Positions 31,110-41,796 of a stretch of DNA of 64,000 nucleotides are shown here, piece after piece (position 1 is the first letter of the stretch; each line of letters begins with the position of its first letter). Below the pieces are notes generated by a model, which saw only the letters and a list, made by a program, of their open reading frames with translations, searched no databases and was not told where the DNA came from. A program made the position numbers and the translations under genes. The DNA is from an uncultured Acidobacteriota bacterium (GTDB lineage Bacteria > Acidobacteriota > Vicinamibacteria > Vicinamibacterales > CAVVIG01). The DNA lies in the NCBI GenBank assembly GCA_963712905.1, contig CAVQJU010000014.1, positions 170,661 to 234,660 of the forward strand. The letters are read 5' to 3'.

Positions 31110-31493
31110 TTACGTCTTGGTGCGGAGCGTCTCGAGGAACGGACGACCCTTCGTGGCAAGGCGGGCTTCGAGACGGGCCGAGCAATCGCAGTCGCCGCAC
31201 GACCATGCTTCGGTGCCGTTCATGTCGCGGCAGCGGCTGCGGGCGTGGGCGTCCTGAACTTTCTCGAGATCGAAGTACTCTTCCCAGTACTCACGCTCTT
31301 CGGCCAGCGGGGTGTAGCAGTAGCAGACTTCCACCCACTGCACGCGCCCATCCTCGTGTGCGCGCGCCTCGCTCATGTTGCGGAAGTATTCGTCGCCGGC
31401 CACCGAACCCCGGCCGAGCGTGCCCTCGTCGATGGCCCGCTCGAGGGCGTTTGCCCGGTTGGCCTTGACGCGCGCCGTGACGAGGTAGCGCAT
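31110..31493 (-). CDS. small Cys-rich hypothetical protein (127 aa)
   Basis: MRYLVTARVKANRANALERAIDEGTLGRGSVAGDEYFRNM...WVEVCYCYTPL...HARSRCRDMNGTEAWSCGDCDCS; 7 Cys. Starts 5 nt after the pgi stop, and its stop abuts the activator ATG. No family name recalled with confidence. Confidence 0.6.
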   Translation of the reverse strand: MRYLVTARVKANRANALERAIDEGTLGRGSVAGDEYFRNMSEARAHEDGRVQWVEVCYCYTPLAEEREYWEEYFDLEKVQDAHARSRCRDMNGTEAWSCGDCDCSARLEARLATKGRPFLETLRTKT

Positions 31494-31497
31494 GCGC

Positions 31498-33252
31498 TTA
31501 TTGTAAAGCGATCTGCCCGAGCAGGGCGTCGGCAACCTGACGCAGCAGCAGGGCGTCGGCCGCCGGGAGGTGGACGTGCAGCGCGCGCCGGCCCGCCGCG
31601 TCCAGCGAGGCGAAATCGCCCAGCGCCTGCGCCAGTTCGAGCGTTCCGAAGGTAAACGGGTAACCTGGAATATCGAGGTCCGCGCGCGGCGTGGCGGTGA
31701 TCAGGACGAACACGCCGGTGTTCGGCCCGCCTTTGTGCAGCTGGCCCGTCGAGTGCAGATATCGCGGGCCGACCCCCGTCATCGTCGCGGCGCGCGTGCG
31801 GTCCCGGACGGCATTCCGGAACCAGGCGAGGTCGCCGGTCAGCGCCCGCGGGTCGATGTAGGCGAGGAGCGCGAAGTAATCGCCGGGCTGGATCAGCGTC
31901 AGCAGCGCGTCAGGGCCCGCCCCGGACAGCCGCTCACGGGCCTGGCGGCTCGCCGTCAGCGTGATGCCACCGGCGAGTGTCAGGCCGACTGCCGCGCGGG
32001 GGAACGATCCGTTCGACTGGTACGTATTCAGCAACGTCGTGGTCGCGTCTTTCGCCTGCTTGACGTTGGGCTCGTCGAAGGGGTTGATGCCCAGCAGCGC
32101 CCCGGCGATTGCCGTCGCGATCTCCCAGCGCACGAACTCGGCACCCAGCGCGGCCGGCTCGTACCAGTCGATCGTCGCCGTCGGATGGCCTGCGGCCTCG
32201 AGCTGGTCGAGGTCGCGACTCCGCCCCGTGCTGCCGGGCCTCTGGACTTCGACGAACAGACGGTCGCGACCGTAGTGCGACGGCGTGCCCGGCGTCTCGC
32301 CCGCGATCGGCACGACGCCGGCGCCGCTCTTCCCGGTGCTTTCCGCCACGAGCTGTTCAACCCACAGGCCGAACGGCTCCAGTTCCCGCGGGAGGAGCAG
32401 CGTCAGCTTGTCGCGGCCCTCCCGCGCGGCTGCGCCAAGAAGAAGGCCGAGCGTGACCGCCGGATTGGCGTCCGCCGGTTCGGCCGAGGCAGACAGCATC
32501 GCGAGGCCCCAGCCCGTGAGCGCTGCGATGTCCTGTCCCATCAGCGCCGACGGCACCAGGCCGAAGAACGACAGGGCCGAGTAGCGCCCGCCGATGTCCG
32601 ACGGGTTGATGAAGGTGTCGCGAAACGACTCGGCGCGCGCGCGCCGCGCCAGCTCGGTGCCTTCGTCGGTGATCGCGACGAAATGATCCGCCCACCGCGC
32701 GACGCCCGCGTCTTCCAGCGTGCGGCGGAAATGTGCCGCGAGGGTGTTCGGCTCGATCGTCGTGCCCGACTTGCTGGCCAGCAGATACAGTGTGTGGCGG
32801 GGTGTGGTGGCGGCCGCGCGGATCGCGTCGGGATCCGTCGAGTCGAGCATGTGGAAGCGCGGCCGGCCCGGCGCCGTGCCGACGATGGCTCGCAGCACCT
32901 CCGGCGCGAGGCTGGAGCCGCCCATCCCGAGCAGCACAATATCGGTGAAGCCGTCGCGCTTGACGCCGTCGGCAAAAGCCCGGAGGCGATCGAGCGAGTC
33001 GGCCATCAGGATGGGTGACGACAGCCAGCCGAGCCGGTTGGCGATGGTGGCCTGCACCTCGGGCGACGCGCTCCAGGCCGACGGCTCCCGGCGCCACATG
33101 GCGGCGGCCGCGAGTTGAGCCGGTTTCATGTCGGCGCCAACGCGATCGCTGATTGGCCCCGGCACGATCCGCAGGCTGCGTCGCAGGCGGTCGCGCTTGC
33201 CGGCCACGTCGAGCGCAGGCCATCTGGTGAGGAGATCCGCCGCGTGCTCCAT
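31498..33252 (-). CDS. pgi: glucose-6-phosphate isomerase
   Basis: PGI/SIS blocks: VLLGMGGSSLAPEV, LYLLASKSGTTIEPN, IGGRYSALS, GINPFDEPNVKQAK, HSTGQLHKGG. The true start may be the internal ATG at 33129. Confidence 0.85.
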   Translation of the reverse strand: MEHAADLLTRWPALDVAGKRDRLRRSLRIVPGPISDRVGADMKPAQLAAAAMWRREPSAWSASPEVQATIANRLGWLSSPILMADSLDRLRAFADGVKRDGFTDIVLLGMGGSSLAPEVLRAIVGTAPGRPRFHMLDSTDPDAIRAAATTPRHTLYLLASKSGTTIEPNTLAAHFRRTLEDAGVARWADHFVAITDEGTELARRARAESFRDTFINPSDIGGRYSALSFFGLVPSALMGQDIAALTGWGLAMLSASAEPADANPAVTLGLLLGAAAREGRDKLTLLLPRELEPFGLWVEQLVAESTGKSGAGVVPIAGETPGTPSHYGRDRLFVEVQRPGSTGRSRDLDQLEAAGHPTATIDWYEPAALGAEFVRWEIATAIAGALLGINPFDEPNVKQAKDATTTLLNTYQSNGSFPRAAVGLTLAGGITLTASRQARERLSGAGPDALLTLIQPGDYFALLAYIDPRALTGDLAWFRNAVRDRTRAATMTGVGPRYLHSTGQLHKGGPNTGVFVLITATPRADLDIPGYPFTFGTLELAQALGDFASLDAAGRRALHVHLPAADALLLRQVADALLGQIALQ

Positions 33253-33278
33253 CGCGGTAGCATACTATTTTGGGAACG

Positions 33279-34045
33279 ATGCTCAGGGGAACCGCGACAT
33301 GCAGGCCTGAAAGGCCCGCGCTGCTCGGTCTCGTCGCGCTCGTCGCGGCCTGCTGGCTCGCCGGCTGTGCTCCGGCCGGAGAGCCGCCGGCCACCGCCGC
33401 GCGCGAGCAATCCGCGGCGCCCGCGCTGCCGGCGACGCCGCCCACCGGGGCCGTCGCGGCACGGCCGCGGATCGTCGTGCTTGGGGACAGCCTGACGGCG
33501 GGCCTCGGCCTGTCGCCGGCAGAGTCGTATCCGACGCTGCTGCAGCAGAAACTGGACGCCGGTGGGTTCCACTATGACATCGTCAACGCCGGCGTGTCGG
33601 GCGACACCTCGGCGGGCGGCCTTTCCCGGCTCGACTGGGCACTCGACGGCGACGTGCGCGTGCTGATCATCGCCCTCGGCGGCAACGACGCGCTGCGCGC
33701 GCTCCCGCCCGACGAGTTGAAGCAGAACCTGTCGCGCATCATCGAGCGCGCGCAGTCCAGGCACATCCGGGTGCTGCTGGCCGGCATGGAGGCGCCGCGG
33801 AACTTCGGCCGCGATTACATCGTCGCATTCCATCAGGTGTACCCCGCGCTCGCCAGGCAGTATCAGATTCCCCTCGTGCCGTTTCTGCTCGACGGTGTCG
33901 CAGCCAACCCCGCGCTGAACCAGCGCGACGGCATTCATCCCACCGCTGAAGGCGCGCGCCTGGTCGCGGACAACGTCTGGACCGCCCTGAAGCCGCTCGT
34001 AGAAGAACAGCGGAGAACGACCCGGAAGGAAGGCCCCGCCGGGTC

Positions 34046-34049
<4 letters not shown>
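33279..34049 (+). CDS. SGNH/GDSL arylesterase / acyl-CoA thioesterase I-like lipoprotein (TesA-like)
   Basis: Lipobox LAGC. SGNH blocks: VVLGDSLTAG (I), NAGVSGDTS (II), ALGGNDAL (III), DGIHPT (V). Classic tesA-ybbA-ybbP neighbourhood. Confidence 0.8.
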
Positions 34050-34698
<649 letters not shown>

Positions 34699-34702
<4 letters not shown>

Positions 34703-37239
34703 CGTTCGTCCTTCGCATGGCCGTGCGCGAGATGCGGGCGGCCTGGCAGCGCCTGCTGTTCTTCTTCATCTGCATCGCTGTCGGCGTTGCCGCCATCGTC
34801 GCGCTGCGGTCGGTGATCCGGAGCGTCCGGGACGTGCTCGGCGGCGAAGCCCGGTCTCTTATCGCGGCCGACGTGCTCATCTCGACCAACCGCGACTGGA
34901 CGCCCGAGGCCCGGGCGACCATCGACCGCCGCCTGGCGGAGGCCGGCTCCACCGCACGCACCGAAACGATCGAGACGCCGACGATGGTGCGGCCGGTCGA
35001 CGCTGCCAAGGTCGCGACGCGGATGGTGGAGCTCAAGGCCGTGCAGGCGCCGTTTCCGCTCTACGGCACGCTGACGCTCGAGGGCGGGCAGCCCTACAGT
35101 CATGCGCTGCTCGCGAATCACGGCGCCCTGGTGCGGCCTGAACTGCTGACCGCGCTTGGCGTCGCGGTGGGGGATTCGCTGACCATCGGGGAGGCCGCGT
35201 TCACCATCCGGGGTGTCGTGGCAAGCGAGCCCGGGCGCAATATCGGCGCCTTCAGCCTCGGCCCGCGCGTCTTCATCGACTTCGACGACGCGACGGCGAC
35301 CGGTCTGGTCGCGTTCGGCAGCCGCGTTCGCCACGTGCTCGCCGTGCGTGTGCCCGACGACCGGATTCCGGCCCTGGTCAAGACGCTGAACGACGACTTC
35401 GCGGACAACTTCATCAACACGCGGTCGTACCTGTCTACCGACGACGCGATCGGCCGCGACTTCGATCGGGCGGAAAACTACCTGAGCCTGGTCGGCCTCG
35501 TAATCGTCATCCTCGGCGGCATCGCGGTGTCGAGCGTGACGCGGGTGTTCGTGCTGCAGAAGATCAAGGGCATCGCGGTGCTCAAGTGCCTCGGGGCCAC
35601 GAGCGGGCAGATCATCGCCGTCTACCTGCTGCAGGTGATGTCGCTCGGGCTCGCGGGAAGCCTTCTCGGCGTGGCGGTCGCGCAGGGCGCGGTCGCGGCC
35701 GTTCCGCTGGCGCTCGGCTCGTCGTCGACGTCGCTGCTGGCGGGCGTGCACTACACGGTGACCTGGGGCGTGGCGCTCCAGGGCGCGACCATCGGCGTCC
35801 TCGTGTCGCTGCTGTTCGCCATCGTGCCGCTGCTGCAGGTGAGGCTCGTGCGGCCTTCGCTGCTCCTGCGCGATGAAGCGCGCCCGTCGCAGCGCGACGG
35901 CCTGAGGGTCGCCGCCACCGTGTTCGTGTCGGCGGCGCTCGTCGCGGTCGCGGCCTGGCAGGCCGCGTCGCTTCGGGTGGGGCTGGTCGTGTGCCTCGGG
36001 TTCGCCGTGCTGGCCGTGGTCCTCGTGCTGGCCGGACGGCTGCTGGTCGCGCTCCTGGCGCCGCTCGCCAACGCGCGGTCGTTCCCGCTCCGGCACGCCG
36101 TCCTGCACCTGTCGCGGCCCGGCAACCAGACGCGCGTGATCCTGCTCGCGGTCGGCCTGGGCGCGTTCTTCATCGTCGGCGTGCGATCGCTGCAGGCGAG
36201 CCTGCTCGCGGAGTTCTCGATCCAGATCAACGAGGAATCCGCCGACATGTTTCTGCTCGACGTGCAGAAGGGCCAGGCAGACGGCGTGCGCGCGTTCCTG
36301 GGCGATCCGGCCAACGGGGCCGGGGCGTGGAAGCTGCTGCCGGTGCTGCGGGCGCGCGTCACGGGCGTCAGCGGCCGCGTGACCACGCTGGAGAGCTTCG
36401 AAGAAGTGCGGGCCCGCGGCTCCCTCGGCCGCGAATACACCATCACGTACCGGGACAACCTCGAAGCCAACGAGCGGATCGTGGACGGCACCTTCTGGCA
36501 CGGCAGTTCACCGGATCCGGAAGTGTCGATCGAGCGGGGCCTGCACGAGCGGTTCGCCATCAACATCGGCGACGTCGTCCGCTTCGACATCCTCGGCCGG
36601 ATCGTCAACGCCCGCGTCTCGAGCATCCGCGACGTGGATTTCAAGGATGCGCGCGCCGGCGGCTTCATGTTCGTGTTCAGGCCCGGGACCCTGGAGCAGG
36701 CGCCCCAGACCTACATCGCGCCCGTCCGGGGGCCCGCGTCGGGCCCGGCGGCGCGCGCCAGGTTCCAGCACGACCTCGTCTCGCGCTTTCCGAACGTGTC
36801 GGTGATCGATTTCCACGAGATCCTGGAAACCGTCCGCGACGTGATGTCGAAAGTGACGCTGGCCATCACGGTCGTCGGGTTCCTGGTGCTCTTCAGCGGG
36901 GGGTTGATCCTCGTGGGCGCCGTCGCCATGACCAAATTCCAGCGCGTGTACGAAGCGGCGGTCTTCAAGACCCTCGGCGCGAACACCCGCAAGATTGCCA
37001 CGATGCTGCTGGTCGAATACGGCGTGCTGGGGTCGCTCGCGGGCTTCGTCGGATCGGCCGGCGCGGTGGCGCTGACCTGGGGCGTCAGCCGGTTCGCGCT
37101 GGACATTCCGTGGAGGCTGTTTCCCGGCGAGCACGTCGGTGGCGTCGCGCTGACGGCCGCGCTCGTGGCCGCGATCGGCGTGCTGTCAAGCCTCGACGTG
37201 CTCCGCAACAAGCCGCTGGCGACCCTGCGGTCGGAGTAG
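34699..37239 (+). CDS. FtsX-like ABC transporter permease, duplicated (YbbP-like, 846 aa)
   Basis: Two MacB-PCD/FtsX-type halves, each ending in a 3-TM FtsX domain (..LKCLGATSGQI.., ..FKTLGANTRKI..). Confidence 0.9.
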
Positions 37240-37317
37240 CGTGCCGCGCCTGTGTGCTAAGATCCAATGTTGACCGTGCCACCGCGGGCCGGCACAGTGC
37301 AGGAGTCAGAAGCGCCA

Positions 37318-37653
37318 ATGGACGTTGATTTTTTCAAGGACGCGCTCCTCAGAAAACGTACCGAGATCCTCGGGACGGGCGGCATCAAACCGTTGCAGGC
37401 GTCGATGGAGAACAACACCCGCCAGGGCGACATGGCGGACCAGGCGAGCGGCAACAACGAGGTCCACATTCAGCTCAAGCTGAAGCAGACCGACGCCAAG
37501 ATCCTCCAGGCCATCGAAGAAGCGCTGCTGCGGGTCGACAAGGGGGCCTACGGCGTGTGCCGCGATTGCGGCGAGCTGATCGCCGAGGCCCGCCTGAAAG
37601 CGATTCCCTGGACGCGCGTCTGCATCACCTGCAAAGAGAAACAGAATTCGTGA
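37318..37653 (+). CDS. DksA/TraR-family C4 zinc-finger protein
   Basis: Coiled-coil region, then CRDCGELIAEARLKAIPWTRVCITC (CxxC-N17-CxxC). AGGAG lies 12 nt upstream of ATG 37318. Confidence 0.8.
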   Translation: MDVDFFKDALLRKRTEILGTGGIKPLQASMENNTRQGDMADQASGNNEVHIQLKLKQTDAKILQAIEEALLRVDKGAYGVCRDCGELIAEARLKAIPWTRVCITCKEKQNS

Positions 37654-38144
37654 CCTCGCAGGCGGCGGCGCTGTCGCTGATTGAAGAGTTTCACCGCGAG
37701 AAGCTGGCGGCGATGATTCAGCACATGTCGCACGCGCGGCTGGTCGGCCAGTACGACGCCAACAACACCTACCAGTACGTCGTCAATCGCGACGACGTCC
37801 AGCTGTCGTGGCTGTCCAAGGCGATCACCGAGCTCGGAGGCGCCGAACCGGCTCAGGCCGCGACCCCGACCGAATCGATTGCCTCCGGGCCGGCGTCGGT
37901 TCATGCCCTGTTCGAGCAGGACGCACGGGCGGCGCAGGCGATGGTCGAGCGCTGGCGGCCCCGCGTCGAGGCCATGACCAACGCGCGGAACCGCAAGATG
38001 CTCGAGGTCATCCTCGGCGAGACGACCGAGCAGCAGCGCTTCTTCGAGCAGGCCCGGGCGGGCCGGACCGATCTGCTGGGAAAGCGCGAGGGATCATCGG
38101 GGCCGGCCAAGGGAGCCGTCCTGGGCGATCGGTGGATCGAGTAG
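37650..38144 (+). CDS. hypothetical helical protein
   Basis: GTG start overlaps the dksA-like stop (GTGA). Coding-like composition (..LIEEFHREKLAAMIQHMSHARLVGQYDANNTYQYVVNRDD..). No family recognised. Confidence 0.5.
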   Translation: MTSQAAALSLIEEFHREKLAAMIQHMSHARLVGQYDANNTYQYVVNRDDVQLSWLSKAITELGGAEPAQAATPTESIASGPASVHALFEQDARAAQAMVERWRPRVEAMTNARNRKMLEVILGETTEQQRFFEQARAGRTDLLGKREGSSGPAKGAVLGDRWIE

Positions 38145-38596
38145 CCGCCGCGATTTCGCTCGGCAGCAACCTCGGCGACCGCCGCGCCCACCTCGATTAC
38201 GCCGTCTCCCGCCTGCGAGCCCTGTTCACCAATCTCCGCGTTTCCAGCTATCAGGACACCGATCCGGTCGGCGTGCCCGATCGTCAGCCGCTGTTCCTGA
38301 ATGCTGCGGCAGTGGGGGACACGGCGCTCGGCGCGCGCGATCTTCTGGACGCGCTGCTCGCCATCGAGCGCGAACGCGGACGCGAGCGTCCGTTCCCCGG
38401 CGCCGCGCGGACTCTTGATCTCGATCTGGTGCTGTACGGAAGCCTGGTGGCGAACGAGCCTGGGCTGATCGTTCCACACCCCAGGTTTCGCGAGCGTCTG
38501 TTCGTGCTCGGTCCGCTGGCGGAAATCGCGCCCGATCTGGTGGACCCGGTCACCGGATCCAGTGTCGCAGAGTTGCTGGGCCGCGCGTCTTTGTAG
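38132..38596 (+). CDS. folK: 2-amino-4-hydroxy-6-hydroxymethyldihydropteridine diphosphokinase
   Basis: AAISLGSNLGDR, ..RTLDLDLVLYG.., ..LIVPHPRFRERLFVLGPL.. are HPPK motifs. GTG start is inferred. Confidence 0.8.
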   Translation: MDRVAAAISLGSNLGDRRAHLDYAVSRLRALFTNLRVSSYQDTDPVGVPDRQPLFLNAAAVGDTALGARDLLDALLAIERERGRERPFPGAARTLDLDLVLYGSLVANEPGLIVPHPRFRERLFVLGPLAEIAPDLVDPVTGSSVAELLGRASL

Positions 38597-38640
38597 GGCG
38601 GCCCTTTCAGGGCCGCCGAGGCGGGGCTGAAAGCCCCGCC
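38597..38640. terminator. two tandem GC-rich hairpins between convergent folK and RND genes (same element family as 9906-9951)
   Basis: First hairpin: GGCGGCCC-TTTCA-GGGCCGCC (38597-38617). Second hairpin: GGCGGGGC-TGAAA-GCCCCGCC (38620-38640). Together they fill the whole intergenic gap. Confidence 0.6.
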
Positions 38641-41600
38641 CTACAGCCCTTCGCCCGTTCGCAGCGCCGCGGGCGAGGTCACGTGGGCGTGAGCAGCGCC
38701 GACCGGCTGCGCGATCGGGTTCGTCCTGTGGCCGGCGAGCCACCGGCGCGCGTTTTCGATGTAAACGTAATATACCGGCGTGATGTAAAGCGTCAGCAAC
38801 TGCGACACGATCAGCCCGCCGACGACCGTCAGGCCGAGCGGCCGGCGCGATTCCGCGCCGGCGCCCCAGCCGAGCGCAATCGGCATCGTGCCCACCAGCG
38901 CCGCCATCGTCGTCATCATGATGGGGCGGAAGCGGACGAGGCAGGCCTCGTGGATGGCCTCGATCGGCGTCTTGCCGATCTTCTGCGCCTCGACCGCGAA
39001 GTCCACCATCATGATCCCGTTCTTCTTCACGATGCCGACGAGCATGATGATGCCGACGAACGCGTAGAGGCTGAGCTCGGTCTTGAAGAGCAGCAGCGTC
39101 AGCAGGGCGCCGAAGCCGGCCGACGGCAGGCCCGAGAGAATCGTCAGCGGATGAGTGAAGCTCTCGTAGAGCACACCCAGGACGATGTAGATGACGACGA
39201 TGGCCATCAGCAGGATGAGGCCGAGGCCTTGTAGCGAATCCTGGAACGCCTGCGCCGCGCCCTGGAAACTCGTCGACATGGTGGACGGCAGGCTCGCGGC
39301 GGCCACGGCCTTGATCTGGTCCACGGCGTCGCCGAGCGCGAGGCCCGGCCGGAGGTTGAACGAGAGCGTGACGGCGGGGAGCTGCCCGTAGTGGCTGACC
39401 GACATCGGTCCGACGGCGGTCTGCAGCCGGGCGACCGACTCGAGCGGGATGAGCGTCCCGGTATTGGATCGGACGTACAGCAGCGACATCGCGGCCGGAT
39501 CTTTCTGGAACTCCGGTGCGACCTGCATGATGACCTGATACTGATTGTTCGGGGCGTAGATCTGCGAGACCTGGCGCGTGCCGTAGGCGTTGTAGAGCGC
39601 GTTCTCCACCTGGTTGGCGGTCAGCCCGAGGGTGGCCACCCGGTTGCGGTCCATCTCGACGGTCACTTGCGGGTTCTTGAGCAGCAGGTCGGTGCTCACA
39701 TCCTCGATACCGGGGATGGCGCGGAGCTTCTCCTCCATGATCGGCGCGTACTTGTAGAGCTCGGCTGTGTCCGTGTCCTGGAGCGTGAACTGGTACAGCG
39801 CGCGCTGTCCGCCCTGTCCGGCGCCCAGGTTGATGGGCGGCTGGTTGGTCATGAACGCGCGAATGCCCGGCAACTGCGCCATCTTCGGGCGCAGCGACGC
39901 GATGACGTCGTCAACCGTCATCGTCCGCTCGTCGCGCGGCTTCAACTCGACCCAGATGCGGCCGCTGTTCATGGAGCCGCCGCTGTTGCCGATGGCGCCC
40001 ATCATCACGGTGGCCATGTAGACGTTCGGATCGTTCTGCAGGATCGTGGCGACCTGCTTCTGGTGCCGCGTCATGTCCTCGTAGCTGATGCCCTGCGCGG
40101 CTTCGGTATTCACCATGAAGCGCCCCTGGTCTTCGCTCGGCAGGAAGCCCTTCGGGACGACCGTGAACAGGTAGGCCGTCGCGGCCAGCAGCAGCACCGA
40201 CGCCAGCATCGTCGCGGCGCGATGCCGCAGGGTGAAGCGCAGCGTCCAGTCGTAGAGGCGCAGCCACGCGTCGAACATGCGCTCGAACGCGTTGTAGAAG
40301 CGGCCGTGCTTCTGCGAGTGCGGCGGGCGCAGGAACCGGCTGCAGAGCATCGGCGTCAGGCTGATCGACACGAAGCCCGAGACGAGAATGGCCACGCTGA
40401 TCGTGACCGCGAACTCGTGCAGCAGCCGCCCGACGATGCCGCCCATGAACAGCACCGGGATGAAGACCGCCGCGAGCGAAATCGTCATCGCCAGAATGGT
40501 GAACGCAATCTCCTTGGATCCTTCGAACGCGGCCTGCATGGGGGGCTTGCCCATCTCCATGTGACGCACGATGTTCTCGAGCATCACGATCGCGTCGTCC
40601 ACGACGAAGCCGACCGAGAGCGTCAGCGCCATCAGCGACAGGTTGTCGAGGCTGTAGCCGAGCAGGTACATCGCCGTGAACGTGCCGACGAGCGACGCGG
40701 GAAGCGCCAGGCTCGGAATCAGCGTCGCCGAGATGTTCCGCAGGAACAGGAAGATGACCAGGATGACGAGGCAGACGGTGGCGAGCAGCGTGATCTTGAC
40801 GTCGTGGACCGACGCGCGAATCGTCTCCGAGCGATCGTTCCGGCTGCCGAGCGACATCGCGGCCGGCAGCTGCTCGCGCATCGAGGGCAACAGTGCCTTG
40901 ACGCGATCGACCACCTCGACGACGTTGGTGCCCGGCTGCTTGCGAATCGAGATCAGCACGCAGCGTTCGTCCTGCTGCCACGCCGCCGACTTGTCGTTTT
41001 CGACGCCGTCGAACACGTGGGCGACCTCGTCGAGCCGCACCGGGTTGCCGTTGCGGTAGGCGACGATCGTCGGGCCGTACGCGGCCGCGCGCATCAGCTG
41101 GCCGTTCGTCTGGACGACGAACGTCTTGTCGCCGTAGATCGTGCCCGTCGGCACGTTCGAGTTGGCGTTGGTCACGGCCGTCGCGACCTGGTCGATGCCG
41201 ATGGATCGCGACGCGAGCTCACGGGGATCCAGGTCGATGCGCACCGCGAACTTCTGCGAGCCGAAGACATCGACCTGCGCGACGCCGTCGAGCATCGAGA
41301 GCCGCTGGGCGATCGTCTGCTGCGCGTACTCGTCGACCATCGACAGCGGCAGCGTGGCCGACCGCAGGACGAGGAGGATGACGGACTGGTCGCCCGGGTT
41401 CGACTTCTGATACGAGGGCGGCGCCGGCATCTGCGGCGGGAGCGCGCGCGCCGTCCGCCCGATCATCGCCTGGACGTCCTGCGCGGCCGCGTCGATGTTC
41501 CGGCTGAGGTCGAACTGCAGCGTGATGTTGGTCGAGCCCTGCTGGCTGATCGAATTGATATTGGCCAGGCCAGCAATGCCCGCGAATTGCTTCTCGAGCG

Positions 41601-41796
41601 GCAACGCGACCGTCGCCGCCATCGTTTCAGGGCTGGCGCCAGGGAGACCCGCCTGCACCTGGATCGTCGGGAAATCCACGGCCGGCAGGTCCGACACCGG
41701 CAGCGTCCGGTACGCCATCGTACCGAACACCAGAATGCCCAGCATGATCAGCGTCGTCGTGACGGGGCGTTTGATGAAGAGCTCTGAAACATTCAT
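38641..41796 (-). CDS. RND-family efflux transporter permease (AcrB/MdtB-like)
   Basis: 1051 aa. N-terminus MNVSELFIKRPVTTTLIMLGILVFG...LPVSDLPAVDFPTIQV. 12-TM/2-loop RND architecture. Confidence 0.95.
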   Translation of the reverse strand: MNVSELFIKRPVTTTLIMLGILVFGTMAYRTLPVSDLPAVDFPTIQVQAGLPGASPETMAATVALPLEKQFAGIAGLANINSISQQGSTNITLQFDLSRNIDAAAQDVQAMIGRTARALPPQMPAPPSYQKSNPGDQSVILLVLRSATLPLSMVDEYAQQTIAQRLSMLDGVAQVDVFGSQKFAVRIDLDPRELASRSIGIDQVATAVTNANSNVPTGTIYGDKTFVVQTNGQLMRAAAYGPTIVAYRNGNPVRLDEVAHVFDGVENDKSAAWQQDERCVLISIRKQPGTNVVEVVDRVKALLPSMREQLPAAMSLGSRNDRSETIRASVHDVKITLLATVCLVILVIFLFLRNISATLIPSLALPASLVGTFTAMYLLGYSLDNLSLMALTLSVGFVVDDAIVMLENIVRHMEMGKPPMQAAFEGSKEIAFTILAMTISLAAVFIPVLFMGGIVGRLLHEFAVTISVAILVSGFVSISLTPMLCSRFLRPPHSQKHGRFYNAFERMFDAWLRLYDWTLRFTLRHRAATMLASVLLLAATAYLFTVVPKGFLPSEDQGRFMVNTEAAQGISYEDMTRHQKQVATILQNDPNVYMATVMMGAIGNSGGSMNSGRIWVELKPRDERTMTVDDVIASLRPKMAQLPGIRAFMTNQPPINLGAGQGGQRALYQFTLQDTDTAELYKYAPIMEEKLRAIPGIEDVSTDLLLKNPQVTVEMDRNRVATLGLTANQVENALYNAYGTRQVSQIYAPNNQYQVIMQVAPEFQKDPAAMSLLYVRSNTGTLIPLESVARLQTAVGPMSVSHYGQLPAVTLSFNLRPGLALGDAVDQIKAVAAASLPSTMSTSFQGAAQAFQDSLQGLGLILLMAIVVIYIVLGVLYESFTHPLTILSGLPSAGFGALLTLLLFKTELSLYAFVGIIMLVGIVKKNGIMMVDFAVEAQKIGKTPIEAIHEACLVRFRPIMMTTMAALVGTMPIALGWGAGAESRRPLGLTVVGGLIVSQLLTLYITPVYYVYIENARRWLAGHRTNPIAQPVGAAHAHVTSPAALRTGEGL

